Assembly: GCA_025923995.1 (NCBI GenBank)
Contig: JAICEW010000002.1
Location: 1-62,684, forward strand
Source of the DNA: Vicinamibacteria bacterium
GTDB lineage: Bacteria > Acidobacteriota > Vicinamibacteria > Fen-336
Reading direction: 5' to 3'
Length of the DNA stretch: 62,684 nucleotides
Both the position numbers and the translations under genes were made by a program. How positions within the stretch are numbered: position 1 is the stretch's first letter; each line of letters starts with the position of its first letter. Under the pieces are notes generated by a model that was not told the origin of the DNA, did not search any database, and saw only the letters and a program-made list of their open reading frames with translations. This document shows positions 49,797-59,064 of the stretch, piece after piece.

Positions 49797-51119
49797 TCAG
49801 AGCAGCCCGACGACGTCTTCCGGCCGCACGTAGGACAGGTCCTGCAGGGCGGCGACGATCGCGCGGGCGACCGCGCTGCAGTGCTCGAGCACCAGCGGGT
49901 CGTCGTGATCGCGCAGCCCGCGGCGCGGGAGCTTGGACTCCGCCTCGCCGTGGGGCACGCAGGCGCCGCCCTCGACGCGATGGGGCGGCCGCTTCTCGTA
50001 CTTGAACCCCGACCCGCCGGGGAACGCGTACTCGAGCAGGTGGTCGATCACGCGCACGATGCGCTCGCGGTCCTGCGCGAGCAGCCGGCTGTCGGCGCGG
50101 ACCGAGACCTCCGTGCCCATGTCGGTCACCGCCACCGAGATGCCGATCGAGGTGCCTTCCACGCGCAGGAGCTCGTTCGCGATCTCCGCGATCACGTCCC
50201 GGTGGTCGTCGCGCACGTAGCCGACAGGCGCGATGCGGACCGCCCCCGTGACCTCCAGGTTGCGGAACGCGGACGCGCGGTAGTCGAACCACTGGGGCGG
50301 CACGCGGTAGTCGCGCAGCTCGTCCACGATCTCCTGCGTGTCCTCGTCGCGCGTCAGCTTCTCGAACATCCGGAAGTCGAGGGGCGTGGCGCCGTGCAGC
50401 AGCGCGCTGGTGTCGGTGTAGATCCCGAGCGCGGCCGCCGCGCGGCCCGCCGCGCCCAGGCCCTCGAGCACGCCGAAGGCGAGGCCCAGAGCGGTCATGA
50501 ACGCGGACGTCGAGCCCACCGGCAGCCCCACGAACGCGTGCTTCACGCGACGCACGCCGGCCCGGCGCACGTCCTCCTCCACCTCCTCGGGGTCCGCGTG
50601 GTGGTCGGCCACGAAGAAGTACTCGCTCACGGGCTGCACCGGGCCCGTGTTCGCCCGGCCCAGCGGCGGCGAGGTGTCCACCATGCAGTTGAGACCGCGC
50701 GGCAGGCGCTCCTCGTTCGGGTCGTAGAGCCGGATCCCGCAGCGCGCGACCAGGTTGCGGTTCTGCGGATGGCCCAGCTTGCCGGTCAGGATGCGCACTT
50801 CCTTGGCGCCCAGCTCGCGCAGGATCGCGTCCAGCACGACCGCGCTGCCCAGCGCGTCGGGGTCGCCCACCCACTGCGTGAAGATGTTCGCGCCGCGCCC
50901 GCGGATGGCCTTGGCCGACCGGCGCAGGGCCAGGAACGCCGCGTGGGTCTGCTGCAGGATGGCCAGGTTGTTGCGCGTGAACCGCTTGCCCAGCGTGCGG
51001 CCGAACCGCATGGCCACCGCCTGCGGGCCGGGCACGCGCGTCGCCCGCTGGAGGATGGCCGTCCCGTTCCGTCTGGGCTTCTCGTGCCTGTCGTGCTTCT
51101 CGTGGTGCGCGGGTTTCAA
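49797..51119 (-). CDS. DHH family phosphoesterase (NrnA-like)
   Basis: TTGA overlap with upstream stop; GDPDALGS, GHPQNR, MVDT, ADHH, VGSTS, GIYTDT. Confidence 0.85.
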   Translation of the reverse strand: MKPAHHEKHDRHEKPRRNGTAILQRATRVPGPQAVAMRFGRTLGKRFTRNNLAILQQTHAAFLALRRSAKAIRGRGANIFTQWVGDPDALGSAVVLDAILRELGAKEVRILTGKLGHPQNRNLVARCGIRLYDPNEERLPRGLNCMVDTSPPLGRANTGPVQPVSEYFFVADHHADPEEVEEDVRRAGVRRVKHAFVGLPVGSTSAFMTALGLAFGVLEGLGAAGRAAAALGIYTDTSALLHGATPLDFRMFEKLTRDEDTQEIVDELRDYRVPPQWFDYRASAFRNLEVTGAVRIAPVGYVRDDHRDVIAEIANELLRVEGTSIGISVAVTDMGTEVSVRADSRLLAQDRERIVRVIDHLLEYAFPGGSGFKYEKRPPHRVEGGACVPHGEAESKLPRRGLRDHDDPLVLEHCSAVARAIVAALQDLSYVRPEDVVGLL

Positions 51120-52849
51120 GCCTCGATCGCCTCCAGGGTGCTGCGGTCGCCGCTGCGCACGATGTCCCCGTGCATGCGGAGCAGCGGCAACGCGCGGTGC
51201 ACGAACCGCTCGGCCAGCCGGCGGTGGCGCGCGGACGCGGCGGCGTGGGCGCAGAGCGCCTCCGCCGCGCGCACGTGCGCGAGCATCAGCACCAGCCGGT
51301 CCGCGCACAGCAGCGCGTAGGCCATGTCCTCGCGCGCGACCTCGCGTCCCGCGAGCGCGCGCAGCAGGCCCGCCCCGCCCAGGCTCCGGGTCAGGGCCGA
51401 GCGCAGCGCGCGGTTGTACTCCCCCGCCAGGTCGCGCAGGCCGTCGCCCAGCGGAGTCGGTGCCGCCTCGACCGCGACCGCGCCGGTCAGCAGCCGCCAG
51501 GGCCGCGAGAGGGTCCACTTCGCCTGGTCCTTGAGCGACATGAGCCCCTGGATCTGGCTGGTCCCCTCGTAGATGGGCAGGATCAGCGCGTTGCGGTAGT
51601 GCCGCTCGACGTCGTACTCGTGGACGACGCCGTAGCCTCCGAGCACCTGCACCGCCGTGCGCGTCACCCACAGGGTGCGCTCGGAGCCGAACCACTTCAC
51701 GAGCGGCGTGCGCTCGCGCAGCGCGCGGCGGAGGCGGGCCCGCTCGTCCGCCGACCCGCCCGCCCGCTCCAGCCCGATCAGCCGGTCCTGGAGCTCGGCC
51801 GTGCGGTAGACCAGCGCGCGCAGGGCCGCCGTCTCCGCCTCCATGTCGAGCAGCATGTCGACCACCAGCTCGTGGCGGGAGATGGGTCGGCCCATCTGCA
51901 CGCGACGCGCCGCGTACTCCTTCGCGGCCGTGAGCGCGGCCTCGCACAGCCCCAGCCCCTGGATGCCGACCGTGAGCCGGGCCTCGTTCATGAACGTCAG
52001 GATGGCCTCGAACCCGCCGCCGCGGCGGCCGAGCAGCTCCGCGCAGGACGCGTCGAACGACAGCTCGCAGGTGGCCGACCCGCGGATCACGAACTTCTTC
52101 TCCGGACGCGCCACGCGGTAGTTGTCGCGGTCGTCCTCCCGGCGCGGCGCCACGAAGAGCGAAAGGCCTTCGAGGCCGCGCGAGCCGGGCTCGCTGCGGG
52201 CCAGCACGATGCAGACGTCGCCGCAGCCGTTCGTGATGAACTGCTTGCGGCCGGTCAGGCGCCAGTGCCCGCCCTGCTCGACCGCGGCCATCTGCACGTT
52301 GCCCACGTCCGAGCCGGCGTCGGGCTCGGTCATGGCCACCGCGCCCGAGAGGTCGCCCGCGGCCAGCGGCTTCACCCAGCGCTCGACCTGGTCGGGCGTG
52401 CCGAAGCGCAGGACCATCGCGGCCGGGCCCTGGTAGAACGCGTGCAGCAGCAGCGTGTTCGTGCAGGTGCGCGAGAGGCACTCCATGAACGCGGCGCCGA
52501 CCGTGAACGGGAAGTTGAACCCGCCCACCTCGCGCGGCAGGTTCATCGCCATCATCCCCAGCTTCCGGAAGCCCTCGATGTTCAGCAGGAGCCCCTCGGG
52601 CTGCACGACCGCGCCGTTCTCGAACGACACGCCGGCCTCGTCGATCGCGCGGGCCCGCGGCGCCACCTCGCGGTCCATGTATTCGCCCGCTTCCGTGAGG
52701 CTCGCCTCGTACAGCTCGCGCGCCTCGGCCAGGCTCCGCGGCCCGTCCTCGAAGCGGAAGCCCTCCTCCCACTGCGGCACGAAGGCGTCCCAGCGGATCC
52801 CCTGCCGGAAGTGGAACTGCAGGTCGGGGTTGCCCGTGAAGGGGTTCAT
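51116..52849 (-). CDS. Acyl-CoA dehydrogenase
   Basis: GAVAMTEPDAGSD, GRKQFITNG, FMNEARL, QVLGGYG, LPIYEGTSQIQ. Confidence 0.93.
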   Translation of the reverse strand: MNPFTGNPDLQFHFRQGIRWDAFVPQWEEGFRFEDGPRSLAEARELYEASLTEAGEYMDREVAPRARAIDEAGVSFENGAVVQPEGLLLNIEGFRKLGMMAMNLPREVGGFNFPFTVGAAFMECLSRTCTNTLLLHAFYQGPAAMVLRFGTPDQVERWVKPLAAGDLSGAVAMTEPDAGSDVGNVQMAAVEQGGHWRLTGRKQFITNGCGDVCIVLARSEPGSRGLEGLSLFVAPRREDDRDNYRVARPEKKFVIRGSATCELSFDASCAELLGRRGGGFEAILTFMNEARLTVGIQGLGLCEAALTAAKEYAARRVQMGRPISRHELVVDMLLDMEAETAALRALVYRTAELQDRLIGLERAGGSADERARLRRALRERTPLVKWFGSERTLWVTRTAVQVLGGYGVVHEYDVERHYRNALILPIYEGTSQIQGLMSLKDQAKWTLSRPWRLLTGAVAVEAAPTPLGDGLRDLAGEYNRALRSALTRSLGGAGLLRALAGREVAREDMAYALLCADRLVLMLAHVRAAEALCAHAAASARHRRLAERFVHRALPLLRMHGDIVRSGDRSTLEAIEA

Positions 52850-54972
52850 GCGCCGGCCGCCCGCGCGGGATGGAAGCTCCGCTCGTCCCGCGCCATGTCC
52901 TGCAGAAGGCTGGCGGGGCGGAAGCGCTCGCCGTGCTGCGCGGCCAGCCGCTCGAGGACGGACGTCGCGAAGCGCGCGCCCAGGTGGTCGAGGTAGCGGA
53001 ACGGCCCGCCCAGGAACGGCGGGAACCCCAGGCCGAAGATCGCGCCCACGTCGCCGTCGCGCGCCGAGCGCAGGATGCCCTCCTGGAGGCACAGCACGGC
53101 CTCGTTCAAGAACGCGAACGCGAGCCGCTCCTGGATGAGGCGCGCGTCCAGGGGCCGCCGCGCCGCCCCGCCCGGCAGCAGCGCGTAGATCGTGGCGTCG
53201 ACGTCCTTCTTCTTCCCGCCCTCGTACCGGTAGAACCCACGCCCGTTCTTGCGGCCCAGCCGTCCATCGTCGATGACGCGGCCCATGGACTCGGGCGGCG
53301 CGAGGCGCTCGCCGAACGCGTGGTGGAGGATCTTCGACACCTTGGCCCCGACGTCGATCCCGACCTCGTCCAGCAGCGTCAGCGGGCCCACCGGGAACCC
53401 GAAGTCGACCAGCGCGCGGTCCACGTCCTCGACCGCGGCCCCCTCCTCGACGACGCGACAGGCCTCGTTGAGGTACGGCGCCAGCGCGCGCGTCGTGTAG
53501 AAGCCCGGCCCGTCGCGCACCACGATGACGTTCTTGCCCAGGCGGCGGCCGAAGGTGACGGCCGTCGCCGTGGCCCAGGCGTCGGTGTGCGGGGTCACGA
53601 CCACCTCGAGCAGCGGCATCTTCTCGACCGGCGAGAAGAAGTGCATGCCCAGCACGCGCGCGGGACGGCGCGAGCCGAGCGCGATCTCGCCGATCGGCAG
53701 CGACGACGTGTTGCTCGCGAACACGCAGTCCTCGGCCGTGCGCGCCTCCATCTCCGCCAGCACCTGCCGCTTGACGTCCAGGTCCTCGAACACCGCCTCG
53801 ATCACGAGATCGGCCTGGCCGAAGCCGCTGTCGTCGGTCGTGACCGACAGGCGGTCCATCCGCTTCTGGACGTCGAGGCGGGTCAGGCTCCCCTTCCGGC
53901 GCCGATCCTCCAGGCCCTCGCGCGCGTGGCGCAGCGCGCGGCCCAGCGCTTCGCGCGACGCGTCCTTGAGCCGCACCAGGGCGCCGGCCTCCGCGGCCGC
54001 GGTCGCGATGCCCGCGCCCATCAGTCCGCCGCCCACCACGCCCAGCTTCTCGACGTCGTGCGCCTCCGTCCCCTCGGGGTAGCCCGCGTCCTTCTTGATC
54101 TCCTGCGTGGCGAAGAACACGGACACGAGCGCGCGCGAGACGTCCGAGACGGCCAGCTCGCCGAAGTGCCTGGCCTCGATCTTGAGCCCTTCCTCGAGCG
54201 ACCGCGAGGTCCCCTTCTCGATGGCCTCGATCGCGCGCAGCGGCGCCGGGTAGTGGCCGTGCGTCTTCTCCATCACGGACGCCCGCGCCTTGCGGAAGAT
54301 GACCGGCTTCAGCAGCCGGTCCTGCAGGCGGATGCCCCGCTTGCGAGGCTGCAGCGTCCCCGCCGCCAGCGCGAGCGCCGCGCGCCGGGCCGCGCTCAGC
54401 AGCACCGGCGTCGGCACCACCTCGTCCACCACGCCGGCCTTCAGCGCGCGCGACGCCTTGAGCGAGCGGCCGGTCACGATCAGGTCGAGCGCGGCCGGCA
54501 CGCCGACGAGGCGCGGCAGCCGCTGCGTGCCCCCCGCGCCGGGGATGAGGCCGAGCTGTACCTCGGGCTGGCCCAGCACGGTCTTCTTGTCGTCGGTGGC
54601 GATGCGGTAGCGGCACGCGAGCGCGACCTCCAGGCCGCCGCCCAGCGCGGGCCCGTGGATCGCGGCCACCACCGGGAACGGCAGCGACTCCAGGCGGTTC
54701 AGGATGGCCTGGCCGCCGCGCGAGAGCGTCTCGGCCTCGAGCGCGCTGCGGATGGTCCCGAAGTCGCGGATGTCCGCCCCGGCGATGAACCCGTCCGGCT
54801 TGCCGCTGCGCAGCACGACGGCGGTCACGCCCATGCTCGACTCGATCTCGCCCAGGGCCACGTCCAGCTCGTTCATGAGCGCGCGGCTCAGCGTGTTGAC
54901 CTTCTCGCCCGGGACGTCGAGCGTGACCACCAGCACGCCGTCGTCCAGCAGCTCCCGCGTGAGCGCGCTCAT
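52846..54972 (-). CDS. fadJ: Fatty-acid oxidation multifunctional enzyme alpha subunit (enoyl-CoA hydratase / 3-hydroxyacyl-CoA dehydrogenase)
   Basis: FIAGADI, LGGGLE, QPEVQLGLIPGAGGTQRLPRLVG, GGGLMGAGIA, VIEAVFEDL, SNTSSLP, GMHFFSPV. Confidence 0.93.
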   Translation of the reverse strand: MSALTRELLDDGVLVVTLDVPGEKVNTLSRALMNELDVALGEIESSMGVTAVVLRSGKPDGFIAGADIRDFGTIRSALEAETLSRGGQAILNRLESLPFPVVAAIHGPALGGGLEVALACRYRIATDDKKTVLGQPEVQLGLIPGAGGTQRLPRLVGVPAALDLIVTGRSLKASRALKAGVVDEVVPTPVLLSAARRAALALAAGTLQPRKRGIRLQDRLLKPVIFRKARASVMEKTHGHYPAPLRAIEAIEKGTSRSLEEGLKIEARHFGELAVSDVSRALVSVFFATQEIKKDAGYPEGTEAHDVEKLGVVGGGLMGAGIATAAAEAGALVRLKDASREALGRALRHAREGLEDRRRKGSLTRLDVQKRMDRLSVTTDDSGFGQADLVIEAVFEDLDVKRQVLAEMEARTAEDCVFASNTSSLPIGEIALGSRRPARVLGMHFFSPVEKMPLLEVVVTPHTDAWATATAVTFGRRLGKNVIVVRDGPGFYTTRALAPYLNEACRVVEEGAAVEDVDRALVDFGFPVGPLTLLDEVGIDVGAKVSKILHHAFGERLAPPESMGRVIDDGRLGRKNGRGFYRYEGGKKKDVDATIYALLPGGAARRPLDARLIQERLAFAFLNEAVLCLQEGILRSARDGDVGAIFGLGFPPFLGGPFRYLDHLGARFATSVLERLAAQHGERFRPASLLQDMARDERSFHPARAAGA

Positions 54973-56111
54973 GCGACCACCCCCAGGCCGCGCAGCGCTT
55001 CGACGTCGCGCGCGTCGTAGCCCAGCTCGGCCAGGACCTCGCTCGTGTGCTGGCCCAGGGCGGGCGCCGGACGCTGCGGACGGACCGGGGTTCCGGCCAG
55101 CGTCACCGGCGTCGCGACCGTCCGCAGCCAGCCGTCGCCGCTGGGCTGGTCGAGGAACGCGCCGGCGGCCGCGCCCGTCGCCTCGAACGCGTCGAGCACG
55201 GGCTCGACGCACGCGTCGATGCCGGAGAGGTCGCGCAGCCACTCGTCGCGGTCCCGGGACGCGAAGATCGCGCGCACCTCGTCGAGCGTGCGCTCGCGCG
55301 GGCCGTCGCCCTCCCACTGGCGGCCGACCAGGTCGTCGCGGCCCAGGCGGCGCACGAGCGCCTCCCAGAACTTCGGCTCCAGCGCGCCCACCGTCAGGTC
55401 GCGGCCGTCGCGGCAGCGGTAGACGTTGTAGCAGGCGTGCGTGCCCGACAGCTCGCTCCGCTCCGCTCCGCCCGCGAGGCGGCGCGCCAGCGGGACCGTC
55501 ATCAGGGCCAGCACCGAGTCGCGCAGCGAGATGGTGACCGCCTGCCCGCGGCCGGTCCGCTCGCGGGCCTGAAGGGCGGCCAGGATGCCGATCACGGCGC
55601 TCAGCGCCCCCGTCATGTCGGCGACCTGGGCCTGGGGCAGCACCGGCTCGCCGTCGCGGCCGCGGTTGCCGTCCAGGAAGCCACCCACAGCGGCGTAGTT
55701 CACGTCGTGCCCGGCGCGCACGTCGTCGGGGCCGTACCCGGTGATCGAGCAGTAGACCAGCCGCGGGTTCTCGGCGGTGAGCGCGGGAGCATCCAGGCCG
55801 CGGCGCGCGAGGACGCCCGGACGGTAGCTCTCGACCAACACGTCGGCGCGGGCCGCCAGCCGGCGCACGACCTGCGCGCCGGGCTCGCTGCGCCAGTCGA
55901 GCAGCACCGAGCGCTTGTTCCGGTTGAGCGCCGCGTGCAGCGCGGCGTCGCCGCCCACGGCCGGCGGCGTCACGCGGGTGGGATCGCCGACGGGGCCGTC
56001 CTCGACCTTGACCACGTCCGCGCCCAGGTCGCCCAGGACGAGCGTCGCGTAGGGCCCCGGGATGTATCTCGTCAGGTCCAGCACCCGCAGGCCCGCGAGG
56101 GCGCCGGTCAC
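54969..56111 (-). CDS. CaiB/BaiF family (class III) CoA-transferase
   Basis: LAGLRVLDLTRYIPGP, LNRNKRS, ADVLVESYRPG, GHDVNY, APALGQHT. Confidence 0.93.
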   Translation of the reverse strand: MTGALAGLRVLDLTRYIPGPYATLVLGDLGADVVKVEDGPVGDPTRVTPPAVGGDAALHAALNRNKRSVLLDWRSEPGAQVVRRLAARADVLVESYRPGVLARRGLDAPALTAENPRLVYCSITGYGPDDVRAGHDVNYAAVGGFLDGNRGRDGEPVLPQAQVADMTGALSAVIGILAALQARERTGRGQAVTISLRDSVLALMTVPLARRLAGGAERSELSGTHACYNVYRCRDGRDLTVGALEPKFWEALVRRLGRDDLVGRQWEGDGPRERTLDEVRAIFASRDRDEWLRDLSGIDACVEPVLDAFEATGAAAGAFLDQPSGDGWLRTVATPVTLAGTPVRPQRPAPALGQHTSEVLAELGYDARDVEALRGLGVVA

Positions 56112-57403
56112 CGTTCGAGCACCATCGCGAAGCCCATGCCGCCCTGCGCGCAGACCGAGAGGAGCCCGTAGCGCGCGTCGCGGCGCGCCATCTCGTTGGC
56201 GAGCGTCGTCGTGATGCGCGCGCCGGTGGCACCGAAGGGATGCCCAACCGCGATCGAGCTGCCGCAGACGTTGAGACGGTCTTCGTCCACCCGGCCGACC
56301 GGCTCGGAGCGGCCCAGCTTCGTGGCCCACTCCTTCGACTCGAGCGCCTGGACGTTCGAGGCCACCTGGGCCCCGAACGCCTCGTGCATCTCGATCAGGT
56401 CCATGTCCGCCAGCGTGAGGCCCGCGCGCGCGAGCGCGCGCGGGATCGCGATGCCGGGGCCCATCAGGAGCTGCCCGCCGGGATCGACCGCGGCCGTGGC
56501 CCAGGCGCGGATGAACGCGAGCGGCGTGACGCCTTCGGTGCGCGCCCGCTCCTCCGAGATGAGGAGCACCGCGGCCGCGCCGTCGGTCAGCGGGGACGAG
56601 TTGCCCGCCGTGACCGTGCCGTACTTGCGGTCGAACACCGGCGGCAGCCTGGCCAGCGCCTCCATCGACGCGTCCGCGCGGATCAGGTTGTCGGAGTCGA
56701 TCACCTGGTCGTAGGTCGGCGGCAGGAGCACGTCGCACATCTCGGCCCGCAGGCGGCCGTCCGCGAACGCCCTGGCCGCGTTCAAGTGGCTCCGCAGCGC
56801 GATGCGGTCCTGGGTCTCGCGCGAGATCCCGTTCTCCTTCGCCATCTTCTCGGCCGACTGGCCCATCGTCAGGCCGGTCGACGGCTCCGCGATCGCGGGC
56901 GTGTCGGGGACGAGGTCCCGCGGACGGATGCCGGCGAACGCCCTGATCCGGGCGCCCAGGCTGCGCGCCTTGCTGGCCTCGACCAGCGCCCGCGCCATGC
57001 GCTTGCCGTGCAGGATGGGAACGTCCGAGAGGCTCTCGGCGCCGCCCGCGATCCCGATCTCGACCATCCCCGACCCGATCGCGAACGCGACGTCGGCGAT
57101 CGCTTCGTTCGCGGACGCGCAGGCCCGGTTCACCGTGTAGCCCGGCGTCGACATCGGGAGGCCCGTGCCCAGGACCACCTCGCGGCCCAGGTTGGGGGCC
57201 TTGGCCGAAGGGATCACCTGGCCCATCACGACCGTCTCGATGGCTTTCGGGTCGATTTCCGTGCGCTCGACCAGCTCCCTGACGCAGGCCTTGGCGAGGT
57301 CCAGTGCGGTCAGGTCGCGATAGGCGGTCCCGGCTTTGGCGAATGGGGTCCGGCACCCGGCGAGGATGGCCACGCGGCCCCCGCCGTGGTTCACGGGTGG
57401 CAC
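56108..57403 (-). CDS. fadI: Acetyl-CoA C-acyltransferase (thiolase)
   Basis: RTPFAK, TVNRACAS, TAGNSSPLTDGAAA, MHEAF, GHPFGATGAR, CAQGGMG. Confidence 0.93.
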   Translation of the reverse strand: MPPVNHGGGRVAILAGCRTPFAKAGTAYRDLTALDLAKACVRELVERTEIDPKAIETVVMGQVIPSAKAPNLGREVVLGTGLPMSTPGYTVNRACASANEAIADVAFAIGSGMVEIGIAGGAESLSDVPILHGKRMARALVEASKARSLGARIRAFAGIRPRDLVPDTPAIAEPSTGLTMGQSAEKMAKENGISRETQDRIALRSHLNAARAFADGRLRAEMCDVLLPPTYDQVIDSDNLIRADASMEALARLPPVFDRKYGTVTAGNSSPLTDGAAAVLLISEERARTEGVTPLAFIRAWATAAVDPGGQLLMGPGIAIPRALARAGLTLADMDLIEMHEAFGAQVASNVQALESKEWATKLGRSEPVGRVDEDRLNVCGSSIAVGHPFGATGARITTTLANEMARRDARYGLLSVCAQGGMGFAMVLER

Positions 57404-57468
57404 TGGTCGATCTTATCCCAACGCCCGGGGGGCGGTGGGTGACCTGCGACATACCCCCCGGGGCGTCC

Positions 57469-57497
57469 TTGACACGGGCTTCCGGCGGGCCGATCAT
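57469..57497 (+). promoter_or_regulatory. Sigma70-type promoter of a Cys-rich sORF
   Basis: TTGACA (57469-57474), 17 nt, GATCAT (57492-57497). Confidence 0.65.
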
Positions 57498-57503
57498 CGA
57501 GCC

Positions 57504-57593
57504 GTGACGGGTTTTGCTTCGGCCGGCGTGGTTTCGATGTGCGCCTGTTGTATGTGCGCCAGGGCCACCGGCCTGCCGGAGGACGTCGGGTAG
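57504..57593 (+). CDS. Candidate Cys-rich leader peptide (VTGFASAGVVSMCACCMCARATGLPEDVG; alternative ATG 57537)
   Basis: GTG at the predicted +1; 4 Cys and 2 Met within 7 codons; followed by terminator. Confidence 0.6.
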   Translation: MTGFASAGVVSMCACCMCARATGLPEDVG

Positions 57594-57626
57594 CAAGCCC
57601 GCAAGTCCAATCCGGCACGGACCTTA

Positions 57627-57659
57627 GGCCCTTCGATCGATCGAAGGGCTTTCGTGTTT
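57627..57659 (+). terminator. Terminator hairpin after the Cys-rich sORF
   Basis: GCCCTTCGAT/ATCGAAGGGC stem followed by TTTCGTGTTT. Confidence 0.7.
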
Positions 57660-57802
57660 CTGGGGCTCGTTTCTGAGGGGCCCGGGGAGGTGCGCGAGAG
57701 AAGGTCGCATGGACAGAGGAAGGTTCGTCGGAGGCGGCCTGTGCGGCAGGTCGTCTCGTGAAGGGAGGGGCCACGGCCCCTCCCTTTATACTTGGCGCCT
57801 GC

Positions 57803-58291
57803 ATGAAGCAACGCGACCTGCTGATCGGCGCCGGCATCGTCCTTCTCCTCGCGGTCGGGGTGGTCCGGCTGGCCGTTCCCGACCGGTCCCGGATCCGGCC
57901 GATCTCGATCGAAGGGTTCGAGATCAAGAGCGAGCGGATCGACCCCGGCCAGACCGTGACCCGCGAGCTGCCCTGGAACCCGCCCGACGACATCTACGTG
58001 ATGGGCTGGAACCCCTACCTGGGCGCGCCGTCGGACGCGAAGTACGACGCGGACATGATCCTGTTCCACCCCGACCGCCAGACGACCGTGTTCATCACCG
58101 GCTACCGCGTCTCGCCGCCCGCCTCCACGGACGCGTGGCGCTTCTACAGCCTGCCGCCCCACACCGGGTTCCTGCTGCGCAAGGGCGAGCGGCTCGTGCT
58201 GCGCTACCGGATCTCGAACACGGGCGCGGCGTCCTTCGAGACCAAGGGCGCGACCGCCCTCGTGTACTTCGTGCCGGTCGCCGGCAATTAG
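57803..58291 (+). CDS. Hypothetical membrane-anchored beta-sandwich protein
   Basis: N-terminal TM helix, good codon usage, TATACT at 57787-57792. Confidence 0.75.
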   Translation: MKQRDLLIGAGIVLLLAVGVVRLAVPDRSRIRPISIEGFEIKSERIDPGQTVTRELPWNPPDDIYVMGWNPYLGAPSDAKYDADMILFHPDRQTTVFITGYRVSPPASTDAWRFYSLPPHTGFLLRKGERLVLRYRISNTGAASFETKGATALVYFVPVAGN

Positions 58292-58323
58292 GGCCGTTCA
58301 CGAGCGTGCTAAGCTGACTCGAC

Positions 58324-58400
58324 GCGCCCGTAGCTCATTTGGATAGAGCAGCTGGCTTCGAACCAGCAGGTGGGGAGTTCGAATCTCTCCGGGCGCGCCA
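58324..58400 (+). tRNA. tRNA-Arg(UCG)
   Basis: 77-nt cloverleaf, stem GCTGG/CCAGC, loop CT-TCG-AA, CCA. Confidence 0.93.
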
Positions 58401-58418
58401 CCCTCCCCGGAGGTCGCC

Positions 58419-58985
58419 ATGAGCAGGTCGACGCGTCGCGCGATCTGGGCCCTCTCCCTCGCCGCCGCCCTGACCTCCGCACGCTCCCTCGGAGCGCAAG
58501 ACGCGCAGCGGCCGCCGCTTCCCCTGGTGATGAAGTCGATGGTGATGAACCGGGGTCTCGGCAGCCAGGACCCGCTGCGGATCGTGGTCGAGCGCTGGTC
58601 CACCGATGAAGAGCACCAGCTGTTGCTCGACACCTTGTCGGAGAGTGGCAGCAAGAAGCTCGACGACGTGCTGGAGAAGATCAAGCCGCGCGCGGGCTTC
58701 ATCGACACCACGAACACCCTGTCGTGGGACATGCAGTACACGCAGGCGACGCCCCGGCCCGAGGGAGGGTGGCACATCCTCTTCCTGATGTACCGGGTCA
58801 ACGCGCCGAGCGAGTGGGACTGGTTCGACGTCGGCGAGATCGACGTGGACGCCGAAGGCAGGGGCGAGGGCACGCTGACCGTGGCGAAGAAGGCCACGCA
58901 CGACGCCGACAAGAACGAGCTCGTGATGCATCTCCACGGTGGCCTGGAGCCGTTGCGGCTGAAGCTGGTCAGCGTCGAGCCCTAG
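58419..58985 (+). CDS. Hypothetical exported protein
   Basis: GGAGG SD, signal peptide, typical codon usage. Confidence 0.75.
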   Translation: MSRSTRRAIWALSLAAALTSARSLGAQDAQRPPLPLVMKSMVMNRGLGSQDPLRIVVERWSTDEEHQLLLDTLSESGSKKLDDVLEKIKPRAGFIDTTNTLSWDMQYTQATPRPEGGWHILFLMYRVNAPSEWDWFDVGEIDVDAEGRGEGTLTVAKKATHDADKNELVMHLHGGLEPLRLKLVSVEP

Positions 58986-59064
58986 GGCGATTGTTCTCGC
59001 GGGGAGACGGCGCTGCTCAAGCAGGGAGCTCGAGTCCCGGACCGACCCGAGCTCCCCGTCCCGA

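Noticed and set aside
57709-58317. 202-aa ORF directly after the Cys attenuator
   Set aside because: Runs through a strong hairpin and overlaps the better 57803..58291 gene in another frame; only its first codons could be a remnant
59024-59056. Inverted repeat GGGAGCTCG/CGAGCTCCC
   Set aside because: Between convergent genes; most simply a bidirectional terminator
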